Below the pieces are notes generated by a model. That model saw nothing but the letters and a program-made list of their open reading frames with translations, searched no databases and had not been told where the DNA came from. A stretch of DNA of 64,000 nt from Podarcis erhardii (taxonomy: Eukaryota): the NCBI GenBank assembly GCA_964252035.1, contig OZ176202.1, one strand, 5' to 3'. Positions 50,296-62,908 of this stretch are shown here, piece by piece; the stretch's first letter is position 1, and each line of letters opens with the position of its first letter. The translations under genes were made by a program, and so were the position numbers.

Positions 50296-50664
50296 GTGGG
50301 GTGTGGGTGGCGCTGTGGTGTAAACCATTGAACCTTGGGCTTGCTGATCAGAAGGTTGGCGGTTCGAATCCCTGCAACAGGGTGAGCTCCCATTGCTTGG
50401 TCCCTGCTCCTGCCAACCTAGCAGTTTGAAAGCACGTCCAAGTAGAAGTAGATAAATAGGTAACGCTTCGACAGGAAGGTAAACGGTGTTTCCGTGCACT
50501 GCTCTAGTTTCGCCAGCAGCAGCTTAGTCATGCTGGCCACACGACCCGGAAAAACTGTCTGCAGACAAACTCCGGCTCCCTCAGCCTATAGAGTGAGATG
50601 AGTGCTGCAACCCCAGAGTCGTTCGCAAATGGACTTAACTGTCAGGGGTCCTTTACCTTTTATG
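50296..50664 (+). mobile_element. Sauria SINE (subfamily B)
   Basis: Head GGGTGGCGCTGTGG, tail CCTTTACCTTT, and 9-bp TSD CCTTTATAG (50287-50295 / 50665-50673). Confidence 0.92.
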
Positions 50665-51337
50665 CCTTTATAGAGCATTTGTAAGATCTGAGGTAGTGTC
50701 TAAAGGAGAACTAAAAATAACTTGCAACAGTGCAGTAAGTTACGTTGTAAATCTTCTTGTGTTTCACATTCATTGTAATAATAATGAATGCTTTAATGGG
50801 GGGAAATGTTACTTTTTCCAAGCGTGGTGATTATTTACCCCTGAGCTCCCTCTACCCTTCACTATTAAAACTTTTGCCTGCTTAATCTCCCTGCCTTCTC
50901 AATGGCTGGAAGGAAACAGGGTCCCTTTGGGAAACAAGCTAGTCATCTCATTCCAGTTAACTTCCTTTGTTTCTAACCAATAAGCTCCTTAAAAAAAACA
51001 AAAAAACTATAGGAAAGAAGAATAAAGTTTCCTTTCCAGATACAGTACTTAGTCAGACATGCAAACAGCCCCTTTAAAGTTGTGTAATCTGCTCTTCTCC
51101 AACCTGTACCTTCCAGATGTTTCTGATGGGGGTTGTAGGCAAAAACACTTGGAGAGCACCAAGTTAGTGATGGCTGGTGTGTAATGTAAAAGAAAAAGAA
51201 AAAAAGAATCTGCCTTCATGTCTGAACATGGAATAAATGATCTACCTCTGATCCAAGTCTATATAATCGGCATTCGGCATACACCTCTACACCCATCCAC
51301 CCCTCCAATAATACTATGCCAAGAAAACTTGGTTTTT

Positions 51338-52192
51338 CATAGAATCATAGAGTTGGAAGAGACCACAAGGGCCATCGAGTCCAACCCCCTGCCAAGCAGG
51401 AAACACCATCAGAGCACTCCTGACATATGGTTGTCAAGCCTCTGCTTAAAGACCTCCAAAGAAGGAAACTCCACCACACTCCTTGGCAGCAAATTCCACT
51501 GTCAAACAGCTCTTACTGTCAGGAAGTTCCTCCTAATGTTTAGGTGGAATCTTCTTTCTTGTAGTTTGGATCCATTGCTCCGTGTCCGCTTCTCTGGAGC
51601 AGCAGAAAACAACCTTTCTCCCTCCTCTATGTGACATCCTTTTATATATTTGAACATGGCTATCATATCACCCCTTAACCTCCTCTTCTCCAGGCTAAAC
51701 ATGCCCAGCTCCCTTAGCCGTTCCTCATAAGGCATCGTTTCTAGGCCTTTGACCATTTTGGTTGCCCTCCTCTGGACACGTTCCAGTTTGTCAGTGTCCT
51801 TCTTGAACTGTGGTGCCCAGAACTGGACACAATACTCCAGGTGAGGTCTGACCAGAGCAGAATACAGTGGCACTATTACTTCCCTTGATCTAGATGCTAT
51901 ACTTCTATTGATGCAGCCCAGAATTGCATTGGCTTTTTTAGCTGCCACGTCACACTGTTGGCTCATGTCAAGTTTGTGGTCAACCAAGACTCCTAGATCC
52001 TTTTCACATGTACTGCTCTCAAGCCAGTTGTCACCCATCTTGTATTTGTGCCTCTCATTTTTTTTGCCCAAGTGCAATACTTTACATTTCTCCCTGTTAA
52101 AATTCATCTTGTTTGTTTTGGCCCAGTTCTCTAATCTGTCAAGGTCATTTTGAAGTGTGATCCTGTCCTCTGGGGTGTTAGCCACCCCTCCC
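51338..52192 (-). mobile_element. Young CR1 LINE, 5'-truncated (ORF2 C-terminal ~230 aa plus 3' UTR)
   Basis: Open frame LQNDLDRLENWA...FNREKCKVLHLG...EKDLGVLVD...PLYSALVRPHLEYCVQFW...LERVQRRATKM...FSLEKRRLRGDMI, with an ATTCTATG tail. Confidence 0.97.
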
Positions 52193-53415
52193 TGCTTGTA
52201 CAGTATTTTACAGTTTTTGCAGCCTGCTTGTACAGTATTGTGCAAATCAGACATTTGCCTATTTTGTGTGCATTTATTCTGGTTGGAATTTCCATAACTC
52301 TCTCCCATGAAGAGGACAAATACATCTCCAAAACATTGCCCTCTGATCCGTGTAAAGTGTCAGAATTTGACAAGGAAAGTGCGTAAAGGACTGCTATTCA
52401 CTTTCCTCCAAGAGCTCTTTTTCTGCTCCAAATCCCACCTCCCGCTGCTTTTGTCCACTTTGGGCTCCTCCTGAGGCATGACTGGAAGAATAAAATGAAT
52501 CTGGAACCCCATAGCAGGAAGAGTGGCTTGGATGGGGTGCTCTGGAGGAGAAAAGCAGCCTGCTGGAAAAAGATAGCTGCCCCTTTCTCCGCTGCCAATT
52601 CTCGAAATTGCCGCCTCCCCATGTTGCTTTTCTTAACAAACTAAATAGCCCTCTGCTGGAGCATTGCTTAGCATGTTAGCATGAAACATGTAGGTTTTAC
52701 CCCATAGAAATGATCAAAAGTCAAGTATAAAAGCAAACAGTATAAGGAATATGGTAGTAAGATTTACTACTAATCTAAATCGAAAAGGCTGCTCAGCCCA
52801 TATCCCCTTTGTTATTCGAGATTTTGCTAGCTATTGCCAACACACTGTGAACTCTTTCTTCATAGCCCTAAGGGACAGAAACTTTTTTTGAAAAAAGAAA
52901 AAAGAAAAGAAAACTCCATATGCCAAACACTCTGCCCAGTATCAAATTCCCCTCTTGTACATTCCGAATCACATCAGACAACGCCCAGCCTGGAGGAGAC
53001 ATGTCTTCATGTTAACACTTACCACCTTGTTTTCTTATAGTTATTTAGCTGTAATTAATTATTTAATGATCTTAATTCTTTGAAAAGAGCCCTTTAATTC
53101 TTGAACAGGCAAAATGCTTTTCTGGATTAACTGCAGGCTGGCAGGCAAATGCAAACTAGAGGAGCTCCTACATGCTGCTCAGCCATTTTGAAACAAGTTA
53201 AGTTTGGGTGTCCTTGTTTAACTAGCCATGAGCAATTCATAAAATTTCAGATCCCTGCGTAACAAACAGCGACTTCTTAAGTTTGTTGTTAGAAAATCCT
53301 TCTTCCAGTCTGTTATGAAAGAGAGGTTTTGATGTGCTGCCAATTTTTCACATGGTGCTCTGGAAGCTGAGCCATGGCTGTGCTGTAAAAGCTGAGCCAC
53401 TAGTTACATAAAGCT

Positions 53416-53550
53416 NNNNNNNNNNNNNNNNNNNNNNNNNNNNNNNNNNNNNNNNNNNNNNNNNNNNNNNNNNNNNNNNNNNNNNNNNNNNNNNNNNNNN
53501 NNNNNNNNNNNNNNNNNNNNNNNNNNNNNNNNNNNNNNNNNNNNNNNNNN
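53416..53550. other. Assembly gap (135 N)
   Basis: Run of N. Confidence 1.
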
Positions 53551-55849
53551 ATTAAAGAGACCCAGCACAAATTATATTCCTGTTTCCAAGGAACAACAAT
53601 TGTGAAACAGCCCTCTCGACCCTAAAAAACAATAGCCAACGAGAAGGAAAAAAGCAAAATGCTACGTTTTGGTATACTGTGTCCTACCTATGTGCTCACA
53701 GTGAACCTAGAAACAAATGCTGATGCACTCAGATAAATATGGACGTCGATGCACACATTACAGAGAAGCAGTTTCAAACGTCCCTGACCAGCAGTTTATT
53801 TCTAGCGCATAAAATATATCCCCCCTTCTTCTGGCCTCTCCCTCTGCCTCTTGTAGTGCAGCGATAAAAGGAAGTAAACATCGCAGCAGCAAATACGTGC
53901 CAAGTGAAACAAACATGAAACGGCAAAACAAAGCAGCCCAGCACACTTGGATGCTGCCAATATAATAAAAGTGGATGCAAGATATATGGCACAGACATAT
54001 ATATGAGCATTTTGATGTACATAACTTGCATTCAATTTTTCTCTATAGATAGAAGTAAGTGAAGCTGTTTTTTTCCTAGATGGGAAGAAATGAATATTTA
54101 TTGCCAGAAGAAAGGGTTCTGACAGTCGGGGAAAAGCCTTGTTATTCTCCTCCCACCGAGACCCACCAGGCCTTGCAGAGAGTGAAATCCTTCTAAATAA
54201 AACTGTTTGATCAATAGACTGCTTAAGGTCTAGATGACTTGATACATTTCCATCTGTGGAGCCAAATCTCTTCTGAGGTGATTTTTCCAGCACTGCCATT
54301 TTTTTCATTAACAAAAATGACATTCAAACCCCAGTAACACGCCTCCAAAACCTGAAAGTACCCAAGGGAGGGAGGGAGAATCGCTGAACCGAGTTTTATT
54401 AAAAACTGTATATGTGCCAACCAGTTTTCCCCATGAATCCTTTCTGATGAACAGAGCGATGAGGGTGGGGCAATTTGCAAAAATGGCCTCAGCATGTTAG
54501 CGCCTGCATTCAGTCTCTGATTTCTTATTGTTACGGAGCTGATGAAATCAAAATACAAAGCCAGCCAATGAATTTACATAGGAGGCAAAATGAGGTTTGA
54601 TTACACTAAAGGTAAATAAAGGATGATAAATGAGGCAAAATAAGGGCATCTCAAACCAGAGCAGCAGCAGCAGCAATGTGTAGGTTTGGAGAGAAAGAAC
54701 ATTGGCACTGCTTTGTTTTCTCTTTCAAATTTGCAGTGCCATCGTAAGTACACAAATCAAAAGAAAATCAATGAGAAAGAAGACCTGCAACCTCCTGAAG
54801 GATGGAGCTAATTAATTTCAGCAGACATTGGACCAGGCCCCAAATGGAATAAAACAAAGAAAAATGTGCTACATAAAGAAAAAGAGCAATTATCTGCTGA
54901 ACACTGCAGGAAGGGTGTATTCCTTCCTTCAGGCAATTAGCAAAGGATGCCAGAGAAGGAACACTTTTGCCCTTTCCAGATGGACAAACAGTGCAGAAAT
55001 TAATGTATAGGGGGACGATATCACTCCAGCTAGCCCTGATCCTAACCTTCAGCTTGGATCACAACTTATGAATGGAATCTATACCTGTTCACCTCAATGC
55101 ATGTATGCTGTATCTGTAAATTCCGTTTTTGCAGGGCATAGATGAAAATTGTACATTCAGGACCTTCAGCCATAGGCACAAAGGACAGTCAATGCAAGAG
55201 GTCAGGGATAGGGCAAGCAGGTGTGACACACAGAGAGAGAGAGACCACATTTCTACCCTGTTTGGCCATCTACTCAACATTTGTTGGCAAGCAAAGGTGC
55301 ATGGGAAGAATCATGGGAGACGTGCTTCGTGGTGCATCGGAGCATCTGGCAGCCATAAGTCTGAGTATGGCTCTCAGCCTTTGATTAGCTGCTCATAAAC
55401 CACCCTAAGTAGAATCCAGTTTTCAGCATGCATTGATTCCTGTCTAGGTAGGCCCCGGAGCAGGAAAAGTGGTTCACTTCCAAATGGACTGCAGCTGGTA
55501 CCTGACTCTTTCAAGGTGTGCCCCCTCCACGAGGCAGGGGTAGCGTTTTCTTTCTTAGTAGCTTCAGTAGTGCTGCAGAGACATGCCGTTGTTGGAGCAG
55601 TCCAGGACCCCACTCTGAGCAGGAGAGTTCCCAAAGTTTGCAGAACTTGCTCACCATATTATGAAGTAAACAAAGCTATGCACATGCATCTAAAGAGAAC
55701 CCCTTTTCCCTGCAGAACTATTAAACCCAGAGTATTAAAATTACCTAACTACATGACTGCATAGACCTAGCTGCTTGTTTTGCTTTTGTAAATACAACAT
55801 GAGCTCAATATGCAAATATCAGCAGGTTAAACTTTTCACAGAATGGAAA

Positions 55850-56184
55850 GAAGTAAGGTTAAGAATTAAGTCCAGTCGTGACCGACTCTGGGGTTGCGGT
55901 GCTCATCTCGCTTTATTGGCCGAGGGAGCCGGCGTACAGCTTCCGGTTCATGTGGCCAGCATGACTAAGCTGCTTCTGGCGAACCAGAGCAGCGCACGGA
56001 AACATCGTTTACCTTCCTGCCGGAGTGGTATCTATTTATCGACTTGCACTTTGACATGCTTTTGAACTGCTAGATTGGCAGGAGCAGGGACCGAGCAAAA
56101 GGAGCTCACCCCGTCGTGGGGATTCAAACCGCCGACCTTCTGATCACCAAGTCCTAGGCTCTGTGGTTTAACCCACAGCGCCAC
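55850..56184 (-). mobile_element. Sauria SINE (subfamily B)
   Basis: Collinear with 8649-9000. Confidence 0.9.
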
Positions 56185-56574
56185 TGCAGATCAAATGACC
56201 ATTAAAGGCACAGTAGTGATGGCTTGCAAACAGTTGGCAACCCTGTATAGTGCCCTTAACATTTTGCCCATGGGATTCAGCTAGGGGTGCTCCATCTTCA
56301 GCCCTGAAGTATTGTTATGTCTCTTTCGGCAATCCAACCCATTTCCTGACCTCTCTGCAAGCAGCGAAATCACATTGCACAGATTTCTACTGAAAATTAG
56401 ATCAATACTATACTCATTCGCTGCCCAGGTTCCCAAGTGATTCATGAATCTCAGAACTAGTTCATGAATCTGAAAAGGATTGGGAGAAGAGACAGAGGAT
56501 GAAGAAGGTAGAATATCTGCAGTCAGCAGATTTCAGGCTTCCGTCATAAATTCAGGCATTAGTTAAACAGGAGC

Positions 56575-56885
56575 CAGGTTTGCATGTAGCAAACTATGGC
56601 TTTCTGTGAATGAGCAGCATACTGGTGCATTCTGCTCAAACTGCGCCTACACTACTTCCTTTGCCAAGCTGGGAGAAAACAAACAGTGCTGCCTTGTGGT
56701 TTGTTTCTATCCAAACAAACCACAGGAGGAAGCCATGGTTTGCTTTTGCCTTATTGGTCGTGGTTTGCTTGGGGCAGTTCTGTGGTTTTTCCCCTCCTGG
56801 CTTGGTGACAAGAGGTGAGGGGTGTGTGCAGTTGAGTAGCTTGCACCAGCCACACTGCTCATTCACACTAAACCATGGTTTGTTT
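56575..56885. mobile_element. Palindromic non-autonomous DNA element with AAACCATGGTTT motifs (related pieces near 25915-26055 and 37800-37855)
   Basis: TGTGAATGAGCAG / CTGCTCATTCACA inverted pair and a central TGTGGTTTGT / ACAAACCACA pair. The TAAACCATGGTTT motif recurs at three loci. Confidence 0.55.
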
Positions 56886-57140
56886 CAAACTATTGTTTAT
56901 CAGGGTTAATGTTGGATTCTGACACTTACTAGCTGAAGCCAACATTTGAGGTGCTGTTCTTTAAAGGTTTGAACCTAGAACAAATTAAGGTAACACTTTT
57001 CTCTTTTCCATTTCATGCACACACCCACAGATGTACAAGAAATCAGTTCCATTTCATGAAGCAACCACAAGTGAGCCAATGCTAGACATATAGCAAAGAC
57101 ACAAGGTGTTCTGAAAAGCCATATATTGGTGCCAAGCAAA

Positions 57141-57150
57141 CACACACACA

Positions 57151-57190
<40 letters not shown>
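57141..57190. repeat. (CA)n microsatellite, once interrupted
   Basis: Read directly. Confidence 0.95.
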
Positions 57191-57191
<1 letters not shown>

Positions 57192-58175
57192 CAGCTAAAA
57201 CTATGAAGCACTCACAGAGCTCTCATAAATTTGCCATGTTACTAGTATGCAGAAATCACACAAGGGCATTTGATGGATGAAATGTGCCAGCTGCTCCATG
57301 CAACTGACATGGGGTGCATGCATGCACCTACAAAGAAAAATCAAAGCTATGATACATAGCGCCAAGCATTTGCCTTGGACTCGGAGAGATCACTACTTAG
57401 AGGCCCTTTAAATCTGTACAAAAGCCAAGTTCATTTCTCTGAGGAGTTTCATAAGGAAGCACGTGACGAGGGCAGTTGGAAACCACAGCTCTGTTGGTGC
57501 TGATTACAGCCTGCTGAGGAAAATGAACTTCCTATTGTGTGTGTGTACACACACACACACACACTCTCTCCTCAGCAGATACACACAGAGGCACAGGCAC
57601 GCATACACACCAGTTCCTCCCTGTATTGGCTAAACTTATTGCCCCACAGTGCTTTCAAATTTATCAAAAAGCTGTGGGCAATAACCTAAAATACTGAAGG
57701 GGTTAGGGGGGGAGGGTGTCAGGGAGAGCAAGGAAGGGGGAAAGTCACCCTGCTGGCAAATGAATGCAGCAGGGATGATGTCATTGGAACAGTTGGTGGA
57801 GAAAAGAGAAAAACAAGTCTGTGTGTGCTAATCCTGTTTGCTGCCCTAAAGGGAATGGAAAGCAGCCAAGGCAAGGAGTTCTGGGAAACCATATAAGGGT
57901 GCCAAACAAGCCTTGCCGCCAACATTAGGAACTGACATCTTTGTTCTTTGTAATTTGGAAGGCTGCCAAAGGCCTCATTTCAGCTCTGCAGCATGATTAC
58001 ACTGGACGCTTGCCAGATGAGCTCTCTGAGCCTCTTTTCTTCTCGGGAAGCTTTCTGCCAAACACACTGCAGTTACCATGGCAGTGGAAAGGAAAGTTTA
58101 AAATTATAGATATATAATTTTCACACATTTTTTGAAAATAACAACAAAGTTGAGGCATGCTTTTATCCAGATGTG

Positions 58176-58179
<4 letters not shown>

Positions 58180-58225
<46 letters not shown>
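58180..58225. repeat. (AC)23 microsatellite
   Basis: Read directly. Confidence 0.95.
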
Positions 58226-58229
<4 letters not shown>

Positions 58230-59763
58230 TTTTTAAAAAAGGGTCCCCCCCCCCAGTAATGAATGTATCCATAGCATTAAAGCAGAAGAGGTGACTGGAG
58301 GAGAGATGTGTACACACACACACACACACACAACATGTTCTAGCCTCATCAAAAGCATCTGTAACAGAAATGTTTTCCTCCTTAGCTATATTCAATTGAA
58401 ATAACTGGGTTCCTGATTAAAACATCCAGCTTTTCCAAAACAGTTAAAAGGTGAAAAGGGGTGTGTAGTTCCAGGCTGCTTAGCAAAAGGAAGCTAATTG
58501 ATATGACTGGTGAAAAGGACACTGAGTGCCAGTGAAGTAGTATGAGGAAATGGTACACTATTTCAAGGTGCACCAGGATTCCCCACATTTAATCATATAT
58601 TAATTTTAATCATATTTTGATTAAGGAGGAAAGCGCTGTCAGAACCTGATTTCACTGTGCATACAATGGGAGAGGTGTGGTTCAACTTTGCTTCCTTCTC
58701 TTACTCAGAGAAGCATCCAGCAGTTTCAGTTTACAAATAGGAAAAGTTCTTTGCTCAGGGATTTCAAGTTCAGCCGGATGCTATTTTTAACCAGCTTCAT
58801 TTTTCACCTGGTTAGAAAGTAGATCATCTCCTGGGAGGTGGCAAGAATCTATCAAAACCATCTCTCAAAGCACATACAGCCAGCATATTTCTGCAGTCAA
58901 GGTTACAGAGAAACAGGGATAGGGTTGCAAGCATCCTCTTCCCCTGTTGCAAAATCTGACACTTGGCCGCATGGTGATCTCCTCAGAATAGCCTTCCCTG
59001 AAATCCAGTAACAATGCAATGGGATCCCCCTTCTGACTTGCCTTGGAATTATTGGTGTTATTTTTGCAGCATGAGTTGTGTTCTCTCTCTCTCTCTCTCT
59101 CTCTACAGTATAAAGAAGAAATATTTCTGAGGAAGAGAAGGATACACAAACAGTAAGTTACAATAGTCATAACCCAGCTTAAATGAAACATTCTTAAATC
59201 CCACTGATTTCAGATGGAGAATTAAGGAAGTGCTTACATCCCTTGAAATCACTGGGAAGTGTGCAGCTTAACTCTATGCAAGCAGTCAGCTGGAGTTCAA
59301 TGGGACTGAACAAGTGTGCATAGGATTGCCACCTTAAGGGCATTTTACTCTGGCTGGATCGTTACTTCGTCCAAAGCCTGCCTCAGAATTAATGGTTGTG
59401 AAAATGGAAGGCAAGCTACAGAAAGCATGGCCCCTCTCCTGACCTAGTACTTGGGTCACTCTCCGTTGAGCTGGAAGATCAGTTTCAGGACTTTCGGACT
59501 CATGGCTCCCAATCAGCAGAGATTGATTTATGGCAGCCATCATCATTACTCAGACTGGGGCCGATAGGAGTTGCAGTCCAAAATATCTGGAGGGCACCAG
59601 GTTGGAAAGTTGGTTTATAAGGCTGTCAAAAAGGTTACTCACAATCACCACTACCCAAGATCATCATAAAATGGCAAAAAAGAAGAAGCCATATGACTAT
59701 ATCTACTATAGTAGATGGTTCTGTGAAAGTGACCAGTCCTGAATAAAATTTCAAGTGATCATG

Positions 59764-60124
59764 NNNNNNNNNNNNNNNNNNNNNNNNNNNNNNNNNNNNN
59801 NNNNNNNNNNNNNNNNNNNNNNNNNNNNNNNNNNNNNNNNNNNNNNNNNNNNNNNNNNNNNNNNNNNNNNNNNNNNNNNNNNNNNNNNNNNNNNNNNNNN
59901 NNNNNNNNNNNNNNNNNNNNNNNNNNNNNNNNNNNNNNNNNNNNNNNNNNNNNNNNNNNNNNNNNNNNNNNNNNNNNNNNNNNNNNNNNNNNNNNNNNNN
60001 NNNNNNNNNNNNNNNNNNNNNNNNNNNNNNNNNNNNNNNNNNNNNNNNNNNNNNNNNNNNNNNNNNNNNNNNNNNNNNNNNNNNNNNNNNNNNNNNNNNN
60101 NNNNNNNNNNNNNNNNNNNNNNNN
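59764..60124. other. Assembly gap (361 N)
   Basis: Run of N. Confidence 1.
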
Positions 60125-60630
60125 TCCATTTAAGACTGGGAGCGGCTGCTAAGACCACATAACACCAGTCTTGAAAGACTGGTGAAAGACATTGGCTCCC
60201 AGCACGTTTCTGAGTACAATTCAAAGTGTTGGTGCTGACCTTTAAAGCCCTAAATGGCCTCGGCCCAGTATATCTGAAGGAGCGTCTCCACCCCCATCGT
60301 TCAACCCGGACACTGAGGTCCAGCTCCAAGGGCCTTCTGATGGTTCCCTCACTGCAAGAAGCAAAGTTACAGGGAACCAGGCAGAGAGCCTTCTCAGTAG
60401 TGGCGCCCGCCCCGTGGAACACCGTCCCATCAGATGTCATGGAAATAAACAACTATCTGATGTTTAGAAGACATCTGAAGACAGCCCTGTTTAGGGAAGT
60501 TTTTAGTGACTGATGTTTTAATGTATTTTTAATCCTTTGTTGGAAGCCACCCAGAGTGGCTGGGGAAACCCAGCCAGATTGGCGGGGTATGTATGTATGT
60601 ATGTATGTATGTATGTATGTATGTATGTAT
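60125..60630 (+). mobile_element. L2-clade LINE 3' portion with (ATGT)n tail; 5' part probably lies in the gap
   Basis: FKVLVLTFKALNGLGPVYLKERL...AFSVVAPAPWNTVPSDVMEINNYLMFRRHLKTALFREVF. Same 3' UTR as the 23214 copy. Confidence 0.93.
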
Positions 60631-61088
60631 AAATGTATAAATAAATATCAATTATTGTTATTGTTATTGTTATTATGATGAAATGCAGCAGAGGAATTAC
60701 CTTAGTGTCCCTTTTCTCTTCAAAAGCGGCTGAAGACAAGGGCCCCAATCCCACAAATGTTCCTGATTCACTACTGAACCCTCTTCCCCTCAGTCCTGTG
60801 CTTCTATTTGCTCCTGAAAGTACAGAGGCAGTAATTGGAAACATTTCCCTGACCCACTGACCAGCCACTTCTAAGGAACCGAAAACATGACAGGGATGAG
60901 GAGAGCATTCCGAGGGAGACTCAAAGAGATTTTTATGTTCTTTTAAGGAAGGGAAGTGTTAGAAGGAGTCGGAGCATCAGGTCAGTAAAGGAAGCAGGAT
61001 TAAGGGAGGTACAGAAGTTTCACAGATAATAAGATTATTTCGGGTACCAGAAGGTAATGAAAAACTAAAGCCCTGGAACAGAAATCAT

Positions 61089-61174
61089 GGAGGAGGAAGA
61101 AGAAGAAGAAGAAGAAGAAGAAGAAGAAGAAGAAGAAGAAGAAGAAGAAGAAGAAGAAGAAGAGGAGGAGGAAG
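61089..61174. repeat. Homopurine tract with (GAA)22 core
   Basis: GAA x22 at 61096-61161, flanked by GAG units. Confidence 0.95.
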
Positions 61175-62908
61175 CCGCTGCCCAAGGGTGGAAATTGAAA
61201 TCCCCTACTCTACACACTCAGATCTGCTGCACACAGGGTGGCCAGATGCAGCAGAGGATGGAGCTCTTGTGCCTTTAACTGTTGCACAGAAGACATTTTT
61301 TGACAGGTACTATTTGTCATGTCACAATACTGCATGGGTAAGGGAAGCTGCATCTGCCAACATTCCCTGTTCTATGCAATGCAGGGTCACTTTCTTTTAT
61401 TTCATCAGGCCACATTCTCAAATATTCTGGGGTAGGTCACCAAAGGACTTTGTAACTCAGCTTCCCCTTTTGTCAAATGAGATGTTATGCAAGGGTTGCT
61501 TTACCCGCAAAAAAGAACTTGGTGAGGTAACAGTTGCAATGTTTCAGATTCTTAGATAAAATAGGGCTGCCAACTCATTTTCAGTGGTGCAATATATAAT
61601 TTTTAAACCCTGGATCTAGCGGTCCTACAGGGAAGCCTCTTCAGAGGGCCACGTGTATTATTTCGGGCATGAAGAACAGTATTTAACATTTCTCTTCTCC
61701 CCTTTATACCATTCCACACTTTGCAGCTGCTGCTACATTCCTGGCATCTTACAGCAAAAAAATAAACAAAAAACAGTTTGCCAACCCCGATTAAAAAAAT
61801 TGAAAACACTCTGAGCATGTTTCACTTAAATTATAGCTCTATCATGAATACAGGAAAAAAACAAAGCTTGCTTCTGTTGCCCTACGCTCACTCATGTGGG
61901 AATAAGCACCATTTTGTTGTATGTCTGTTTTAAAGTAAAACTAATACAATGATGGAAGGAAGGAAGGGTGCTGCAGAAACTAAGGTTAGTCTCGGTGAGT
62001 CCTGGCATGCCCATGCTGTTCCTGGTACTGATGCTGGGCATATTTGTTGCCATCACCTGCTGTTCTCTGGGTAGTCACTGGGGGCTGAACTGGCCTGCCA
62101 AACCCTGGTCTTCAGCCCTAAGGTCCCAGTCTACCTGTGTTCAGTGCTTATTTTACCTGTTTCTGTCCTGTGCCTTTAACAGGCGTTTGGCACACAGGCA
62201 TTAGCCAGGGATAATGCTCACCTCCATGCTGTGAGGAGCTTCAGATGCTGATTCCTGCATAACATGCTGCAGTTCAAAGAACAGGAGCAGAAGGCCAGTT
62301 GATGCGTCTGTGTTTTCCCGGCCAGTTGGCAACGTTAGGTGGACAACACCGGAGCTGAAATGAATATCATTCACAATTTGCTAAATTAGTAATCAGCACA
62401 CAGCATTCATCATCATACCTGTATTCTGTGCTTGGCTTGTCATACCACTGCAATGAAATTTAAATCTCCAAAAGCAATGGCTGAATCTGCTGCCCGGTGT
62501 CTGCTGCCAAGGTGTTATGGTAGCCAATACAGAAGCAGCACAGTGTCCCACTCGCTAACAAAGGAATAATAATTACAAGATTTCCAGCTGGACTGCAATC
62601 CCCAAGCCCAAGTTAATTCCTATATTCACCAGCATGATGAAACTGAATAATATGCAGGCACAAAACTAGCATTAAAAATCAGTGTACAGGCAAATTGCTG
62701 TTTGTAGGCTAAATCATTAAACTCTGGAGCTGAAAGGTGAAGTATAACATTTGTTGCTTCTTTCTAGCTTTGTAGTTTTTCACACATTCTACTACAAACA
62801 GTCCCATGAAGATGTGGAAAGGTCCAGGTGACATTCTGTGATCTCACACTCTTGCTTCCTGGGTCATTCAGCAGGTACACATCTTCCCATGGTTGGTTCT
62901 CTTGACCC

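Noticed and set aside
53695-53715. TCACAGTGAACC resembling the 5' part of miR-128
   Set aside because: The match stops after 12 nt and there is no precursor hairpin.
54443-54520. C/D-box snoRNA-like CTGATGA...CTGA spacing
   Set aside because: No terminal stem and no evident rRNA/snRNA antisense element.
6168-56184. Apparent minus-strand bias of retroelements (5 of 7 Sauria SINEs)
   Set aside because: Numbers are too small, and L2 and Bov-B copies are mixed, so it cannot be used to infer the host strand.
57929-58115. Protein-like open frame AAKGLISALQHDYTGRLPDELSEPLFF after a weak acceptor
   Set aside because: No credible donor before the stop and no recognisable homology.
59635-60452. Long ORFs spanning N runs (also 9744-10074)
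   Set aside because: Artefacts of assembly gaps.
61087-61278. Poly-glutamate ORF
   Set aside because: Produced by the (GAA)n microsatellite. The same applies to the poly-L, poly-I, poly-F and CV-repeat ORFs elsewhere.
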